NCBI GenBank assembly: GCA_963733195.1
Contig: CAVTCR010000081.1
Location: 64,001 to 128,000, forward strand
Source of the DNA: an uncultured delta proteobacterium
GTDB taxonomy: Bacteria > Desulfobacterota > Binatia > Bin18
DNA: 64,000 nucleotides
Direction: 5' to 3'
The notes under the pieces: model-generated
Databases searched by the model: none
Told to the model about the DNA's origin: nothing
Seen by the model: only the letters and a program-made list of their open reading frames with translations
Position numbers and translations under genes: made by a program
Part shown: positions 1 through 10,156 of the stretch, one piece after another
Numbering within the stretch: position 1 is the stretch's first letter
Layout: the number at the start of each line of letters is the position of its first letter

Positions 1-146
1 TACGCACTGGCTTCGTGCGATTCAGAACTCCGTCCAATGACGTAAGGCTTCGCGCTGTCTATTGTGAATTGTCTGGTCCGCGACCGCCCCTAAACAGCCC
101 CCCCAACCACCCTCACGTAGGAGATAGGCACGCGGCTGCTGCGTTG

Positions 147-1808
147 TCACACATCATTCGCCTGTGTTAACGCCCGTGTAATAAGCTGTTGCGCTTCCTC
201 TTGAATCTGGCGTAGATGCTCTACGCCGAGGAAGCTCTCGGTGTAGAGCTTGTAGATATTTTCCGTGCCGGATGGGCGCGCCGCAAACCACCCGTTGGCG
301 GTCATCACTTTGAGCCCGCCAATCGCGCTGTTATTCCCAGGGGCGGTCGTTAGTACTGTTTGGATCTTTTCACCCGCAAGCGTATCGCTCGATAATTGCT
401 CTGGTGAGAGTCGTTGCAATTGCGCTTTCTGTTCTGCCGTGGCAGGAGCGTCGATGCGTTCGTACACTGGATCACCATACTTATCCGCAAGGTCACGATA
501 ATACGCCCCTGGGTCGCGACCAGTTTTGGCCATGATCTCTGCCGCTAGTAGGCCTAAGATGATGCCATCTTTGTCGGTTGTCCATACCATTCCGTCACGG
601 CGCAGAAAAGACGCTCCTGCACTCTCTTCACCACCGAACCCAAGCGTACCGCTCATCAACCCTTCGACGAACCACTTGAATCCCACCGGGGTCTCAATCA
701 GCGGGCGACCAAGTTGGTTGGCAATACGATCGATCATGCTGCTACTGACCACTGTCTTTCCTACAGCCGCGTTTGCCTGCCAGTTCGGACGGTGCTGAAA
801 AAGATAGGCAATGGCAACGGTCAGATGTCGTTCGGATTCAACAAACCTGCACTTCGAGTGACAATGCCGTGACGATCATGGTCAGGGTCATTCGCCCAGG
901 CGATGTCAAATCGGTCTTTGAGAGCGATCAAACTCGCCATGGCATAAGGGGAGGAACAATCCATGCGGATCCTCCCGTCCCAGTCTAGCGTCATGAACGA
1001 GAACGTTGGGTCGACCGTGTCGTGCATGACCGTAAATTCCAGTCCATAGTGTTCAGCAATTGCGCTCCAGTATGCAACCCCAGCACCACCCAACGGATCA
1101 GCGCCAAGCTTCAGCCCGGAGGCACGGATGATACTCATGTCCACGACGTTATCGAGGTCAGCAACATATGTCTGGAGATAGTCGTAGCGATGGGTCGTGG
1201 AAGCAACGCGAGCTTGTTCGTAGGGAATGCGTTTCACCTCATGAAGATTATGAGCAAGCAGCATGTTAGCCTGTGCCTCAATCCACTGCGTCACATGTGT
1301 GTCAGGTGGTCCGCCATGCGGCGGATTATATTTGAAGCCACCGTCCTCAGGTGGATTATGCGAGGGCGTGATCACGATCCCATCGGCAAGCTGACTCTTC
1401 CGTCCACGGTTGTAAGTGAGAATGGCATGAGAAATGACAGGGGTTGGAGTATAGCCGTCGTTGTTATCTATTCTTACCTCAACCCTATTTGCCGCCAGCA
1501 TTTCCAGCGCCGTAGTAAAAGCAGGCTCGGAGAGCGCATGGAATGTCTCCCAAGAAGAGTGGACCGCTAATGTCGTGCTTCTGGCGATACCAGCAAATCG
1601 CCTGACTCACCGCAAGAATGTGGGCTTCGTTAAAAGAATGGGTAAACGCCGAGCCTCGGTGCCCTGAGGTGCCAAAGGCTACACGTTGCGCGGGCACTGC
1701 GGAGTCAGGATGACCCGTATAATAAGCGGAGATCAATTGTGGGACATTGATCAGCATTGTTGGTTCTGCACGAAGACCAGCTAACGGGCTGATGCGCGTC
1801 ATGGCCAT
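147..1808 (-). CDS. pgm: Phosphoglucomutase (alpha-D-glucose phosphate-specific), split by about 2 frameshifts
   Basis: Three consecutive ORFs give FGTSGHRG, catalytic TPSHNPP, metal-binding DPDHDR, GEESAG and RPSGTE motifs; GAGAGGAG RBS before ATG at 1808; breaks near 1540 and 825. Confidence 0.93.
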
Positions 1809-2040
1809 TGCTCCTCTCATGATCCCGTATAGGCTCATGGTACTCATAAGATGTGACAAAGAATTTGGCAATATAGACAGTAGCCTTGATCCTCTTTAGG
1901 AGAGGACTGGATTCAGCCCTGGAACAAAGCGGTGCGAAAAAACTTGTCAGATGTAAAATGAGACTTGTCGTGTTTATGCCGCTTTCTTTCCTTAGGGTTC
2001 TATACTGTCATTCACCGGATTCTCGCCCACTTGCTTCTCG

Positions 2041-2290
2041 TTGGAGTTGGCTTCAACCTCAGCGGTTATGATGCAGGATGCGCGAGATTCTCTGCATGCC
2101 TGCTCTGCACCGATACTGTTTATGGCTGGGGCACACGACCGTGTCGTACCGCGCCAGAATGCTGAGGCGATAACCTGGGGATCGAAAACACAAGCAGTGA
2201 TTATCACAGGTTCTCACTTGGCGATGTATACAAAACCAACGGCAGCAGCCACAGCCATTAGCGGTGTGTGCGGCACGACGATTGAGAGTC
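2041..2290 (+). pseudogene. C-terminal fragment of an alpha/beta hydrolase
   Basis: PILFMAGAHDRVVP...GSHL resembles the Asp/His half of an alpha/beta hydrolase; no N-terminal nucleophile elbow visible. Confidence 0.45.
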
Positions 2291-2321
2291 CTGGCGTCAG
2301 TCTCTTCGCGAGTTTTCCATC

Positions 2322-4412
2322 TTACGAAGGCGGCTGCGATGTAAACGGTAGCAGGAGAGGTTGACTGCTGGCGGTCAATTCGTACAAACGCTCTTGCGAG
2401 CGAAAGGGTGGGTCTCCGGTTGCTGTTAGACGTTGCGAATGACCATCTGGGAGGATCACGCGAGCTTTGACCGTGTCACCTAACTGAATATCGAGAATCT
2501 TGCGAAGGTGTGTCTGCAAGTGCGGATCGAGAATTGGAAACGCGACCTCAATACGGTTATCAAGATTCCGAGGCATCCAATCGGACGACGCGAGCCAATA
2601 CTCTGGGGTCCCTGCATTGTGGAAATAGAAAATCCGCGCGTGCTCAAGGTAGCGGTCGATAATCGAGATGACACGGATACGGTCGGAAACTCCAGGGATA
2701 CCGGGGCGCAGACAGCACAAGCCACGGACAATCAGGTCAATCTGAACGCCTGCTTGGCTGGCAGCATACAATTCGTCAATCACCACAGGGTCTTCTAACC
2801 CGTTCATTTTGGCAATCAAGTGAGCAGACAGTCCAGCGCGGGCGTGCTCCGCTTCCCGCTGGATACGTCGCACTAAGCCATCGCGCAAATCGAAGGGAGA
2901 AACCAACAAGTGGCGAGATTCTCGTGGGTGGGCATAGCCAGTCATGAGGTTGAACAATTCAGTTAAATCTTCTCCGAACGTATCACGACAAGTGAAGAGG
3001 CCGAGATCACCATATATGGTGCTGGTACGGACATTGTAGTTACCAGTGCCGAGGTGACAATAGCGGCGCAGTCCGTCTGCTTCCTGGCGGACCACCAGGC
3101 ACGCCTTACAATGGGTCTTATACCCGACGATGCCATAGACCACGTGGGCACCAACTTCTTCCAGCGCGCGCGCCCAGGAGATGTTTGCTTCTTCATCGAA
3201 ACGGGCGCGCAGTTCCAGTAACACGGCCACTTCTTTGCCGTTCTCTGCGGCGCGCGCAAGGATCTGCGGGATGGGCGAGGCCTGTCCGACGCGGTACAAG
3301 GTCATCTTGATCGCCAGCACCTTCGGATCATCTGCCGCCTCTTCTAGGAAGCGCGTAAAGGCGCGGAACGACTGATAGGGGTGGTGGACAAGAATGTCGC
3401 CGCCGCGAATGGCGCTCCATATGTCAGAGGCGCCTTCGAATGCCGACACCGGGAGCGGTGGTTGAGGGCGGTCCTTGAGCCGTGGCAAATCGATGGCAGT
3501 ATATAACTGAAAGAGATCGGCAAATGCCGTAAAGCCCTTGCCGGGATATAAGTCTTCCGGTTGGAGTTCAAGTTCAGTAACGAGCTTCGTCAGCACATCA
3601 ACGGGAAGATCATCGTCATACTGCAAACGCACCGCGGCGCCCATCCGGCGATCCCGCACACTTTGTTCTATCGCCGTGAGTAAGTCTTGATTTCGTACGA
3701 GAGGAAGTTGCATGTCGGCGTCACGGGTGACGCGCACCGCATGGCACGAAAGGACCTCGTACCCGTGATAGAGCTGCGACAAATGTGAGTGAATCACGTC
3801 TTCCAACAAGATAAAAACGTGTTCACCCGCCGAAGCCGGTAACGCAATAAAGCGCGGGACGACCTGCGCTGGAAGATGCACAACCGAAAGTGAGGTCTTC
3901 GGCAGATGCGATGGTCTGGACGGACGCAGAGATGCGACCAGGCAGAGCGAGCGATTGGCAAGGTGCGGGAACGGATGTCCTGGATCAATTGCTAAGGGGG
4001 TAACAATCGGAAACAGCGTGCGGCGAAAGTAGTCTTGGAGGAAATGCTTTTGGCCCTCTGTCAGGTCGGAAGGACTAATAATACGAATTCCTTCGGTCAT
4101 TAACCGTGGCTGCAGATCTTCCAAAAAACATCGATGCTGCTCCTCAGCCAGATGATGCACGCGCTCGGAAATGGCGGTTAGCGTCTGGGCGGGAGTGAGT
4201 CCATCGGGGCCGGACTGCTGGTCTCCGGTAGCAATACGCTGTTGGAGGCGAGCTACCCGCACCATGAAGAATTCGTCGAGATTGGAACTGAAAATCGCCA
4301 GGAATTTCACTCGTTCCAACAGTGGAACACTTTCATCGAGCGCTTCCTCAAGCACACGGCGATTGAACTCCAGCCACGAGAGTTCTCGATTGGTATACAG
4401 GTGCACTTCCAT
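2322..4412 (-). CDS. ppk1: Polyphosphate kinase 1
   Basis: NRELSWLEFN, SNLDEFFMVRV, HHPYQSF, ELRARFDEE, KTHCK, RYLEHARI motifs; 696 aa. Confidence 0.97.
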   Translation of the reverse strand: MEVHLYTNRELSWLEFNRRVLEEALDESVPLLERVKFLAIFSSNLDEFFMVRVARLQQRIATGDQQSGPDGLTPAQTLTAISERVHHLAEEQHRCFLEDLQPRLMTEGIRIISPSDLTEGQKHFLQDYFRRTLFPIVTPLAIDPGHPFPHLANRSLCLVASLRPSRPSHLPKTSLSVVHLPAQVVPRFIALPASAGEHVFILLEDVIHSHLSQLYHGYEVLSCHAVRVTRDADMQLPLVRNQDLLTAIEQSVRDRRMGAAVRLQYDDDLPVDVLTKLVTELELQPEDLYPGKGFTAFADLFQLYTAIDLPRLKDRPQPPLPVSAFEGASDIWSAIRGGDILVHHPYQSFRAFTRFLEEAADDPKVLAIKMTLYRVGQASPIPQILARAAENGKEVAVLLELRARFDEEANISWARALEEVGAHVVYGIVGYKTHCKACLVVRQEADGLRRYCHLGTGNYNVRTSTIYGDLGLFTCRDTFGEDLTELFNLMTGYAHPRESRHLLVSPFDLRDGLVRRIQREAEHARAGLSAHLIAKMNGLEDPVVIDELYAASQAGVQIDLIVRGLCCLRPGIPGVSDRIRVISIIDRYLEHARIFYFHNAGTPEYWLASSDWMPRNLDNRIEVAFPILDPHLQTHLRKILDIQLGDTVKARVILPDGHSQRLTATGDPPFRSQERLYELTASSQPLLLPFTSQPPS

Positions 4413-4415
4413 GCT

Positions 4416-5396
4416 TCAGACTCCTCGCCCGAACGTCTCGCGCAGAAGCAATCCTTGTCGTACACCTTCGGTACACACTGTGAGGGTACGATAGTTGCCG
4501 AGTCTCATGACTTCTTCGACGACAACGGTTCCCGCAAGGATGACGTCCGCGCGCTCCTCTTTGAGGCCGCCCAATTGCGTACGTTCGAGTGCCGAGAGTC
4601 CCTCCATGCGTTCGCGGAGTGCAGTGATGTCGGCTCGGTGGAGGCTTAGTCCTAGTCGCGACTGTTGCTTATTGATGGCGGTCAAATGCATACGCCCGAG
4701 GGTCCGGATGGTCCCACCGAGCCCAACCATTTCACTGCCAGAAGGCGATAGGAAAAATTTTCTTTCGAGCTGATGCTGGACTTCCTGACGTAGCGCTTGT
4801 ACTTGCTGTGCAGTTGGCGGGTCGCTTTTGAAAAACCGGACGGTAGTGCGAACTGACCCGAGCGGCAAGCTGGCAGCTGAGGTGATTTCCTCTTCGCGCA
4901 CGTGAGAGAGTTGGAGGCTGCCGCCACCAAGATCCGCGACGGTGCCGTTGCGGAAGGAAAGGCTCCGCAACGCGGCCTGGGTACCCAACAGGGCTTCTTC
5001 TAAGCCACTGAGGATGCGGACCGAGACTCCAGCCTCGCGCTGCAACTTATCCAGCAATTCGCTGCGATTCGTCGCCTCGCGCACGGCTGACGTGGCTACG
5101 GCGAGGATACGTGGGCGATACTCCCGTCGAGCTTCGCGGAGAAAGCGGCGGATGGCGTCGGTGGTTTCCCTGATCGCAGTGGGAGGCAATACGCCAGGAC
5201 GACCAGCGCTCAGGCGCGTTTGTACACGTTCTTCGCGGAGTACCTGAAAGCCTACTCCCGGAAGGACTGAAGCGACAAGACAGCGGACGGCATTTGATCC
5301 TAATTCTACCAGCGCGAGAAACTCAGACACATGAGAAGCATAAGAAAGTGCTCCGCGAAGATCAAGAGCGACCTCACTTTTTGTCGATACTGGCAT
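4416..5396 (-). CDS. ppx: Ppx/GppA family exopolyphosphatase (short form)
   Basis: ELGSNAVR, ATSAVREA, DLGGGSLQL, GLGGTIR, ERADVI, GVRQG motifs; directly upstream of ppk1. Confidence 0.92.
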   Translation of the reverse strand: MPVSTKSEVALDLRGALSYASHVSEFLALVELGSNAVRCLVASVLPGVGFQVLREERVQTRLSAGRPGVLPPTAIRETTDAIRRFLREARREYRPRILAVATSAVREATNRSELLDKLQREAGVSVRILSGLEEALLGTQAALRSLSFRNGTVADLGGGSLQLSHVREEEITSAASLPLGSVRTTVRFFKSDPPTAQQVQALRQEVQHQLERKFFLSPSGSEMVGLGGTIRTLGRMHLTAINKQQSRLGLSLHRADITALRERMEGLSALERTQLGGLKEERADVILAGTVVVEEVMRLGNYRTLTVCTEGVRQGLLLRETFGRGV

Positions 5397-5745
5397 TAAC
5401 CACTCCCTCTCCACCCCCCACAATATACGCCTCCAGTTTTGCTAAGGCCTGTTGTACGTCCTCTCCTGAGGCTTTCAGGTGACGCATAACCAGCCGCATA
5501 TCGATCATATCTCCCGGATGACGAAGGAGGTGCAGCAGCACCTTGTCTCCCGTGTCCTCAGGATCGATTTGCAGTGTCAAGGGAACTACGCTCTGGTTGA
5601 TTGCTTGCCTAACATCGGCTGCGGTGGCGTGAAAGGTCCGCATCAATTTACGTACGCGTCGGATAGCGTATGGATGACGGCGCAAATGTTGAGCGATCTT
5701 ATCCCTTACCTCGTCAGGTGTATGCAGACGATCGGATGAATCCAT
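5374..5745 (-). CDS. Hypothetical protein with an internal two-fold repeat
   Basis: GGAG RBS before MDSSDR; repeats DKIAQHLRRHP..ATAADVRQAI and DKVLLHLLRHP..ASGEDVQQAL; overlaps ppx start. Confidence 0.65.
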   Translation of the reverse strand: MDSSDRLHTPDEVRDKIAQHLRRHPYAIRRVRKLMRTFHATAADVRQAINQSVVPLTLQIDPEDTGDKVLLHLLRHPGDMIDMRLVMRHLKASGEDVQQALAKLEAYIVGGGEGVVNASIDKK

Positions 5746-5826
5746 AAATGTAGATCTCCAAAAACCCCTTACTTTTCCAGGACGATGGAAGGAAAAAGAA
5801 AGTAAGAAGAACTCTGCCACACAAAT

Positions 5827-5865
5827 GTGACAAGAATATGACAGGCAGATGACGTGTGTATGACG
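5827..5865 (-). promoter_or_regulatory. Pho-box-like operator (4 repeats, 11-bp period) upstream of the hyp-ppx-ppk1 operon
   Basis: TGAC(A/G) at 5828, 5839, 5850, 5861; minus strand reads CGTCAT/CGTCAT/TGTCAT/TGTCAC, matching PhoB CTGTCAY repeats. Confidence 0.7.
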
Positions 5866-5897
5866 TGTCAATAGATCTTGCGCCTTCGGGTGCCTGC

Positions 5898-5924
5898 TTC
5901 ACTAAATTTTCATCGTGTTGTCAC
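5898..5924 (+). promoter_or_regulatory. Pho-box-like repeats upstream of the 5981 ORF
   Basis: TTCAC 5898, TTCAT 5909, GTCAC 5920 (11-bp period). Confidence 0.55.
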
Positions 5925-5980
5925 TTTCTCGTAGACCCTGCGATGTATCAAGAGAGCACCTTTCTCGTTAAGGAGCCTGT

Positions 5981-6208
5981 ATGTCTCAGGATGAATCGAT
6001 TTACCTCTCTCTGCGCCTGCCGTTTTTTTGGTGGCGTCGCCTGCAGCGAGTCGCCGGGAGCTGCTCTGCTGCCCCGAACGAATTTGCACGCGAGACCATC
6101 GAAGCCGAAATTGTTAGACGCGAACTGTTGTTAGAAAAACAGGGGCAGATTGAGGACGACTGGCTGAGCCTGGTAACCGGTGCGATACCGCCCTCTCGGC
6201 TGCAGTAA
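5981..6208 (+). CDS. Small hypothetical protein, possibly ribbon-helix-helix-like
   Basis: AAGGAG RBS; YLSLRLP beta-strand followed by two predicted helices. Confidence 0.55.
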   Translation: MSQDESIYLSLRLPFFWWRRLQRVAGSCSAAPNEFARETIEAEIVRRELLLEKQGQIEDDWLSLVTGAIPPSRLQ

Positions 6209-6267
6209 CAGCGTGTTTCTTCTGTGAACCGCGTTGCGCGACTGGTGCACGTTGTGAAAGGAAGCCC

Positions 6268-6672
6268 TTACGACGATGCTAACGGGGAACTTTGTTTCTC
6301 CTTCGACGATTCACTCAGATCTCGGATGTCTTGATCGAAGAGCATTTCTTGTACGAATGCCGCGAGAGTGTGCTGTGCCTCTGTGTAGCAGCCACGACCA
6401 AGTGGGGTGAGCTTATAGTAACGACGAACCCTACCTTGGACGGTGGTTGTATGACTCTTGAGCAGCTTTGTCTGCTCGAGTGTGTGAAGCAGAGGGTAGA
6501 GCGTTCCTGGACTCACAGTGTAGTCGAATTTGCGTAATGCTTTGATCAGGGCGCCCCCATATACCGACTCGTGTTGGGCACGCTGGAGGATAAACAGTTT
6601 GATCATCCCATTTATGAGCGATCGGCGGAGTGAGTTTACGGAATCATGTAGATCCAACTTGCGGGTTGCCAT
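6268..6672 (-). CDS. PadR family transcriptional regulator
   Basis: YG..LI..L, SPGTLYPLLHTLE, RRYYKLTPLG motifs. Confidence 0.9.
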   Translation of the reverse strand: MATRKLDLHDSVNSLRRSLINGMIKLFILQRAQHESVYGGALIKALRKFDYTVSPGTLYPLLHTLEQTKLLKSHTTTVQGRVRRYYKLTPLGRGCYTEAQHTLAAFVQEMLFDQDIRDLSESSKEKQSSPLASS

Positions 6673-6785
6673 TTCTCTCAGGCGATCAACACGACGTTAC
6701 ACGGTGATGTCTATTATGTGACGATTCGATGAACCCTTTTGCAATAGGCACAAAAAATAGGGCGACTTTTTTATTTTTTATTTTC

Positions 6786-6817
6786 GACATGCGCTCGTAA
6801 CACACACATAGTATCGT
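6786..6817 (+). promoter_or_regulatory. Pho-box-like repeats with -10 element
   Basis: GACAT 6786, GTAAC 6797, then 10 bp to TATCGT at 6812. Confidence 0.45.
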
Positions 6818-6862
6818 TCCTGTATTGATCTCGACAGAACTAATCACAGGAGGTCATCACGA

Positions 6863-7069
6863 ATGTACGAATCTATTCAAGAAAGAATTCCATCTCACGT
6901 CCACGTTATTCTTACTGAAGTCGAACTGATCCAACCTTCTCTTCGTCGTGTGCTCTCACGAATTTGCAAACAACAGCGGCGTTGGTGGAATGAAGAACGA
7001 CTGACACTACTGGCGTTAGGTTTGGGGAATATCTGTTTTCTCGGGCTTGTGCTGTGGTGGATTTTGTAG
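6863..7069 (+). CDS. Small protein with a C-terminal transmembrane helix
   Basis: AGGAGG RBS; hydrophobic C-terminus LTLLALGLGNICFLGLVLWWIL. Confidence 0.6.
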   Translation: MYESIQERIPSHVHVILTEVELIQPSLRRVLSRICKQQRRWWNEERLTLLALGLGNICFLGLVLWWIL

Positions 7070-7341
7070 CGATTTATTTCATTCGTCACCAAAAATTTCA
7101 CTTTATGTCATATTTCTCTCCAGTTCATCCCTCAACCTCCTCCGGCCCGAAAACACATCGGCGTGTGAAACGACAATAACTTTGCCTTCAGCGTCGGGCA
7201 GCACGTCGAAAGCAAACAAATGGTGACAATGAGTTTATCATCATTCGCCTTGGGACGATTCCCCCCTTCGCTCGACGAGGGGAGGGACGCAGGCCCGCAG
7301 GTTTTTCTCTCCGTCTGTAGGCCTGTTGTTTTTATCGATTC

Positions 7342-7384
7342 TTCATTGTCCTTTCATCTTCATGTAATAACGCGTCTCTATACT
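7342..7384 (+). promoter_or_regulatory. Pho-box-like promoter
   Basis: TTCAT 7342, TTCAT 7353, GTAAT 7364, then exactly 10 bp to TATACT (7379-7384), the classical PhoB promoter geometry. Confidence 0.65.
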
Positions 7385-7489
7385 AGACGGCGATCATCTC
7401 CCAACCCCAGAGGCTGCGCAGAACAGCGGGCCTCTCCCTCCGAGGCGCTGGTGAACAACGAGCAGCAGCGCCTCGCCCCCCACTTTTAG

Positions 7490-8098
7490 GTGCCCCATGA
7501 TTCTCCAACATGTCACTATGCTGCAACGCGCGCGTCATATTGTCCCTGTATGAATATCGTCATCCTCATAAATCGTGTGACCGTCGCTCGGCCAGGGAAT
7601 CTCGAGTTTCTCACGGCCTTTAGTTTCGCCGGAGCGAATGTTGCCATTGATGGAGAAGAATTGATTATTGCCGGAGCTCGCGTCGGTAATGGTACAGCAA
7701 CAGTCCGCACCAACGTGCGGATGAAATATGCGATTGCATCGCAATCCCTCATCATCGGTGCTGCGGTCAATGTGAATACTGCCCTTTTCAACTCCGTTCA
7801 GGAGATTTTTAGCAATTGCTTATCGTCAGGTTGTCATGGCAGCGAGAATCCCCAAGCTGGACAGGTCCTATCTTCTGGGGTTTCATTTCAGAACATCGTA
7901 GCAGTGAGAAGTAGCGAGGTTCCCGACCTTCTCCGAATCAATCCTGGGTTTCCGGAAAAAAGCTACTTGTTACAGAAGATCGAGCAGGAAAAACCACTCA
8001 TCGGTGGGCAGATGCCGTTAGGAGGTCCACCGCTTTCACGCGAACAGATTGAGACCATACGCCAGTGGATCTCCGCCGGGGCTCCTCCCCCATCATAG
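7490..8098 (+). CDS. Protein with C-terminal c-type cytochrome domain (Planctomycete cytochrome C-like); N-terminus probably damaged
   Basis: VQEIFSNCLSSGCH, INPGFPEKSYLLQKI, QMPLGG, IRQWISAGA; start uncertain. Confidence 0.7.
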   Translation: MPHDSPTCHYAATRASYCPCMNIVILINRVTVARPGNLEFLTAFSFAGANVAIDGEELIIAGARVGNGTATVRTNVRMKYAIASQSLIIGAAVNVNTALFNSVQEIFSNCLSSGCHGSENPQAGQVLSSGVSFQNIVAVRSSEVPDLLRINPGFPEKSYLLQKIEQEKPLIGGQMPLGGPPLSREQIETIRQWISAGAPPPS

Positions 8099-8127
8099 TC
8101 GCTCGTTGTTTATTCCCTCATTAGCGT

Positions 8128-9178
8128 ATGCCGAGAACATGTTGTTTCATAAAAATTGTACTAATCCTCCTTCTTATAGGGGTGCTGAGTGCGTCTGTGC
8201 ACGCTGATTCACGTCACTCCGAGGAGGACGATGACCACGAGTCAGGAAAAATGAAATTTGCCTTCGCACTGATCGGCGATCTGCAATACAGTGCCCACGA
8301 AGATGCCAAGTTTCTGAACCTTCGCGACAGTATTAACAAGGAAAATGTTGCCTTTGTGTTGCACGACGGCGATTTCAAAAGTAGTTCTAGTCTTTGCTCT
8401 GATGCCCTGTATCTCCAACGGTTCGAGTTGTTTCAGACGTTCAAGTCTCCGTTCGTCTACGTGTTCGGCGATAATGAATGGACGGACTGCCACCGCACCG
8501 CCGCCGGCGCTTTCGATCCTCTAGAACGTCTCGACAAGTTACGGCAGATTTTCACCCAAGGTGATCAGAGTCTAGGAAAACACACCTTGAGACTCGATCG
8601 GCAGAGCAAGAACCCACTCTTTAGCAAATACCGTGAAAATGTCCGGTGGGAGTATGGGGATGTCATATTTATTGGCCTGAACATTCCCGGCAGTAACAAC
8701 AACTTTCCGCCATATCCTTCAACCCTTTCGGCACAACAACAGGCAGCGAATGTCGTTGAGTCGACTGAACGCAATCAGGCCAACCTTGCTTGGATACAGG
8801 AGGCGTTCGCGGTGGCGAAGCAGGACGGTCGGCGGGGGATTCTTTTCTTCATCCAGGGAAATCCGTTTATTTTTCCACCATCTAATGACAAACTGACAGG
8901 GTATGCCGATTTTCTTTCATTACTTGAGGGTGAAACTCGAACGTTTGGCAAACCTGTGGTATTAGTCCACGGCGATCGCATTACTTCCGCATCGACAAGC
9001 CTACACCACAACCGAGTGAAGGTGACCCGAAGGATAACCGCACCACACGGTTGGCGAACTTTACCCGTGTGGAGACATTTGGTTCACCGGATGTGCATTG
9101 GGTGCGTGGCATTGTGATAAGAAACAATCCTGATCTGTATTCGCTTCAGTACCAGAGTTTGTTGACGCGAACCGTTAG
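8128..9178 (+). CDS. Secreted calcineurin-like metallophosphoesterase (frameshift near 8975; 3' end approximate)
   Basis: Signal peptide; IGDLQY, HDGDFK, GDNEWTDCHR and VHGD motifs; continues as HYFRIDKP...NFTRVETFGS in another frame. Confidence 0.85.
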
Positions 9179-9296
9179 TCCCGTGTGTGTTTCCCCTACG
9201 CACGAGTCGGGTGGACACTCACTGCCCCACCCATCAGCAGTTACGTTCGTGATAATGGGGAGTGTCCACCTTTCCTCACTCTCTGCGCACCTTTCA

Positions 9297-9545
9297 TTAC
9301 GGCCACGGTACAATGGTGAAATTCTGTAGTGCGTTGTAGAACCAGAACATGTACCATCCCCACATGGTAAAAGTCGCCAGAACAAATAAGAACTCCCCGA
9401 ATCGCTCCGCTCGGGTTACTTGCCGAAGTCGTGCACGAAGACCCTCCCACGCGACTGGTGGTACCTGACCGTCATGTGTTTTCCCCCACGCCTGCTCCAA
9501 ACCCTCGCTCGGATACCTTCCCTCAATCATATAGTCGTTCATCAT
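9297..9545 (-). CDS. Small membrane protein
   Basis: AAGGAGG RBS; one TM helix FLFVLATFTMWGWYMFWFY. Confidence 0.65.
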   Translation of the reverse strand: MMNDYMIEGRYPSEGLEQAWGKTHDGQVPPVAWEGLRARLRQVTRAERFGEFLFVLATFTMWGWYMFWFYNALQNFTIVPWP

Positions 9546-9605
9546 GTTATCCTCCTTGCGTTATAACGTGCTTAGAGGATTAGACGCATTGGATCCTACA
9601 TCGCC

Positions 9606-9632
9606 ATGAAAGGCCAGTGAACAGCTGATGAA
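9606..9632 (-). promoter_or_regulatory. Pho-box-like repeats upstream of the 9545 gene
   Basis: ATGAA 9606, GTGAA 9617, ATGAA 9628 (minus strand TTCAY x3, 11-bp period). Confidence 0.55.
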
Positions 9633-9674
9633 ACCCGCCCTTGCTATGCGTCGTATGATCTTTAGTTAGGTGCT

Positions 9675-9735
9675 GGCAGGCACAGCCTGCCCTACCTTGT
9701 GTCCATGGAGACCCGTAGGGCGGGCTGCGCCCGCC
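9675..9735. repeat. GTAG-family REP doublet
   Basis: GGCAGGCACAGCCTGCCCTAC (9675-9695) and GTAGGGCGGGCTGCGCCCGCC (9715-9735): inverted hairpin units with a GTAG foot. Confidence 0.75.
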
Positions 9736-9949
9736 ACGGTGCTCTCAAGTAAAAATCCACATCTTGCTGTAGCGCTTCTATGGCTCCATCACATCACGCT
9801 TGAGAGTGCGAGCTGAATTTCCCGAGGTTGAAGGAATTCACCAAGAGTTCTCGCTTTCTTCATGCCTCTGTAATGTTCATCAGCCAGTGTTGTTTGTACG
9901 CTGAAGAGCTGTTTGCAGCGGATGTGTACTGTCATGAGAAGGAGGCGTT

Positions 9950-10156
9950 ATGGACAAAACATTACGCTGGGGTTTGTTCTGGTTGGCTGCTGCCCTAGCG
10001 GCGAGTGCGATATTGCTCGCGTCATCGACACAAGCTGCATCGCCTGATGTTGTCATCGGTCAAGTGTATGGTGGTGGCAACAGCAAGGCCACGTTGCGTA
10101 ATGATTTCCTCGCATTATTCAATCGAGGTTCAGCCCTGAAGGTAGATTCGCTATGA
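9950..10156 (+). pseudogene. Truncated secreted lamin-tail-domain (ExeM/NucH-type nuclease) N-terminus
   Basis: AGGAGG RBS, signal peptide, SPDVVIGQVYGGG..ATLRNDFLALFNRG typical LTD start; ends after 68 aa. Confidence 0.65.

Noticed and set aside
1-146. Possible 5' end of a minus-strand gene at the window edge
   Set aside because: Too short; no recognisable start or motif
1853-1880. Pho box upstream of pgm
   Set aside because: TGACA/TGGCA/AGACA spacing is 12 and 9 bp, not 11
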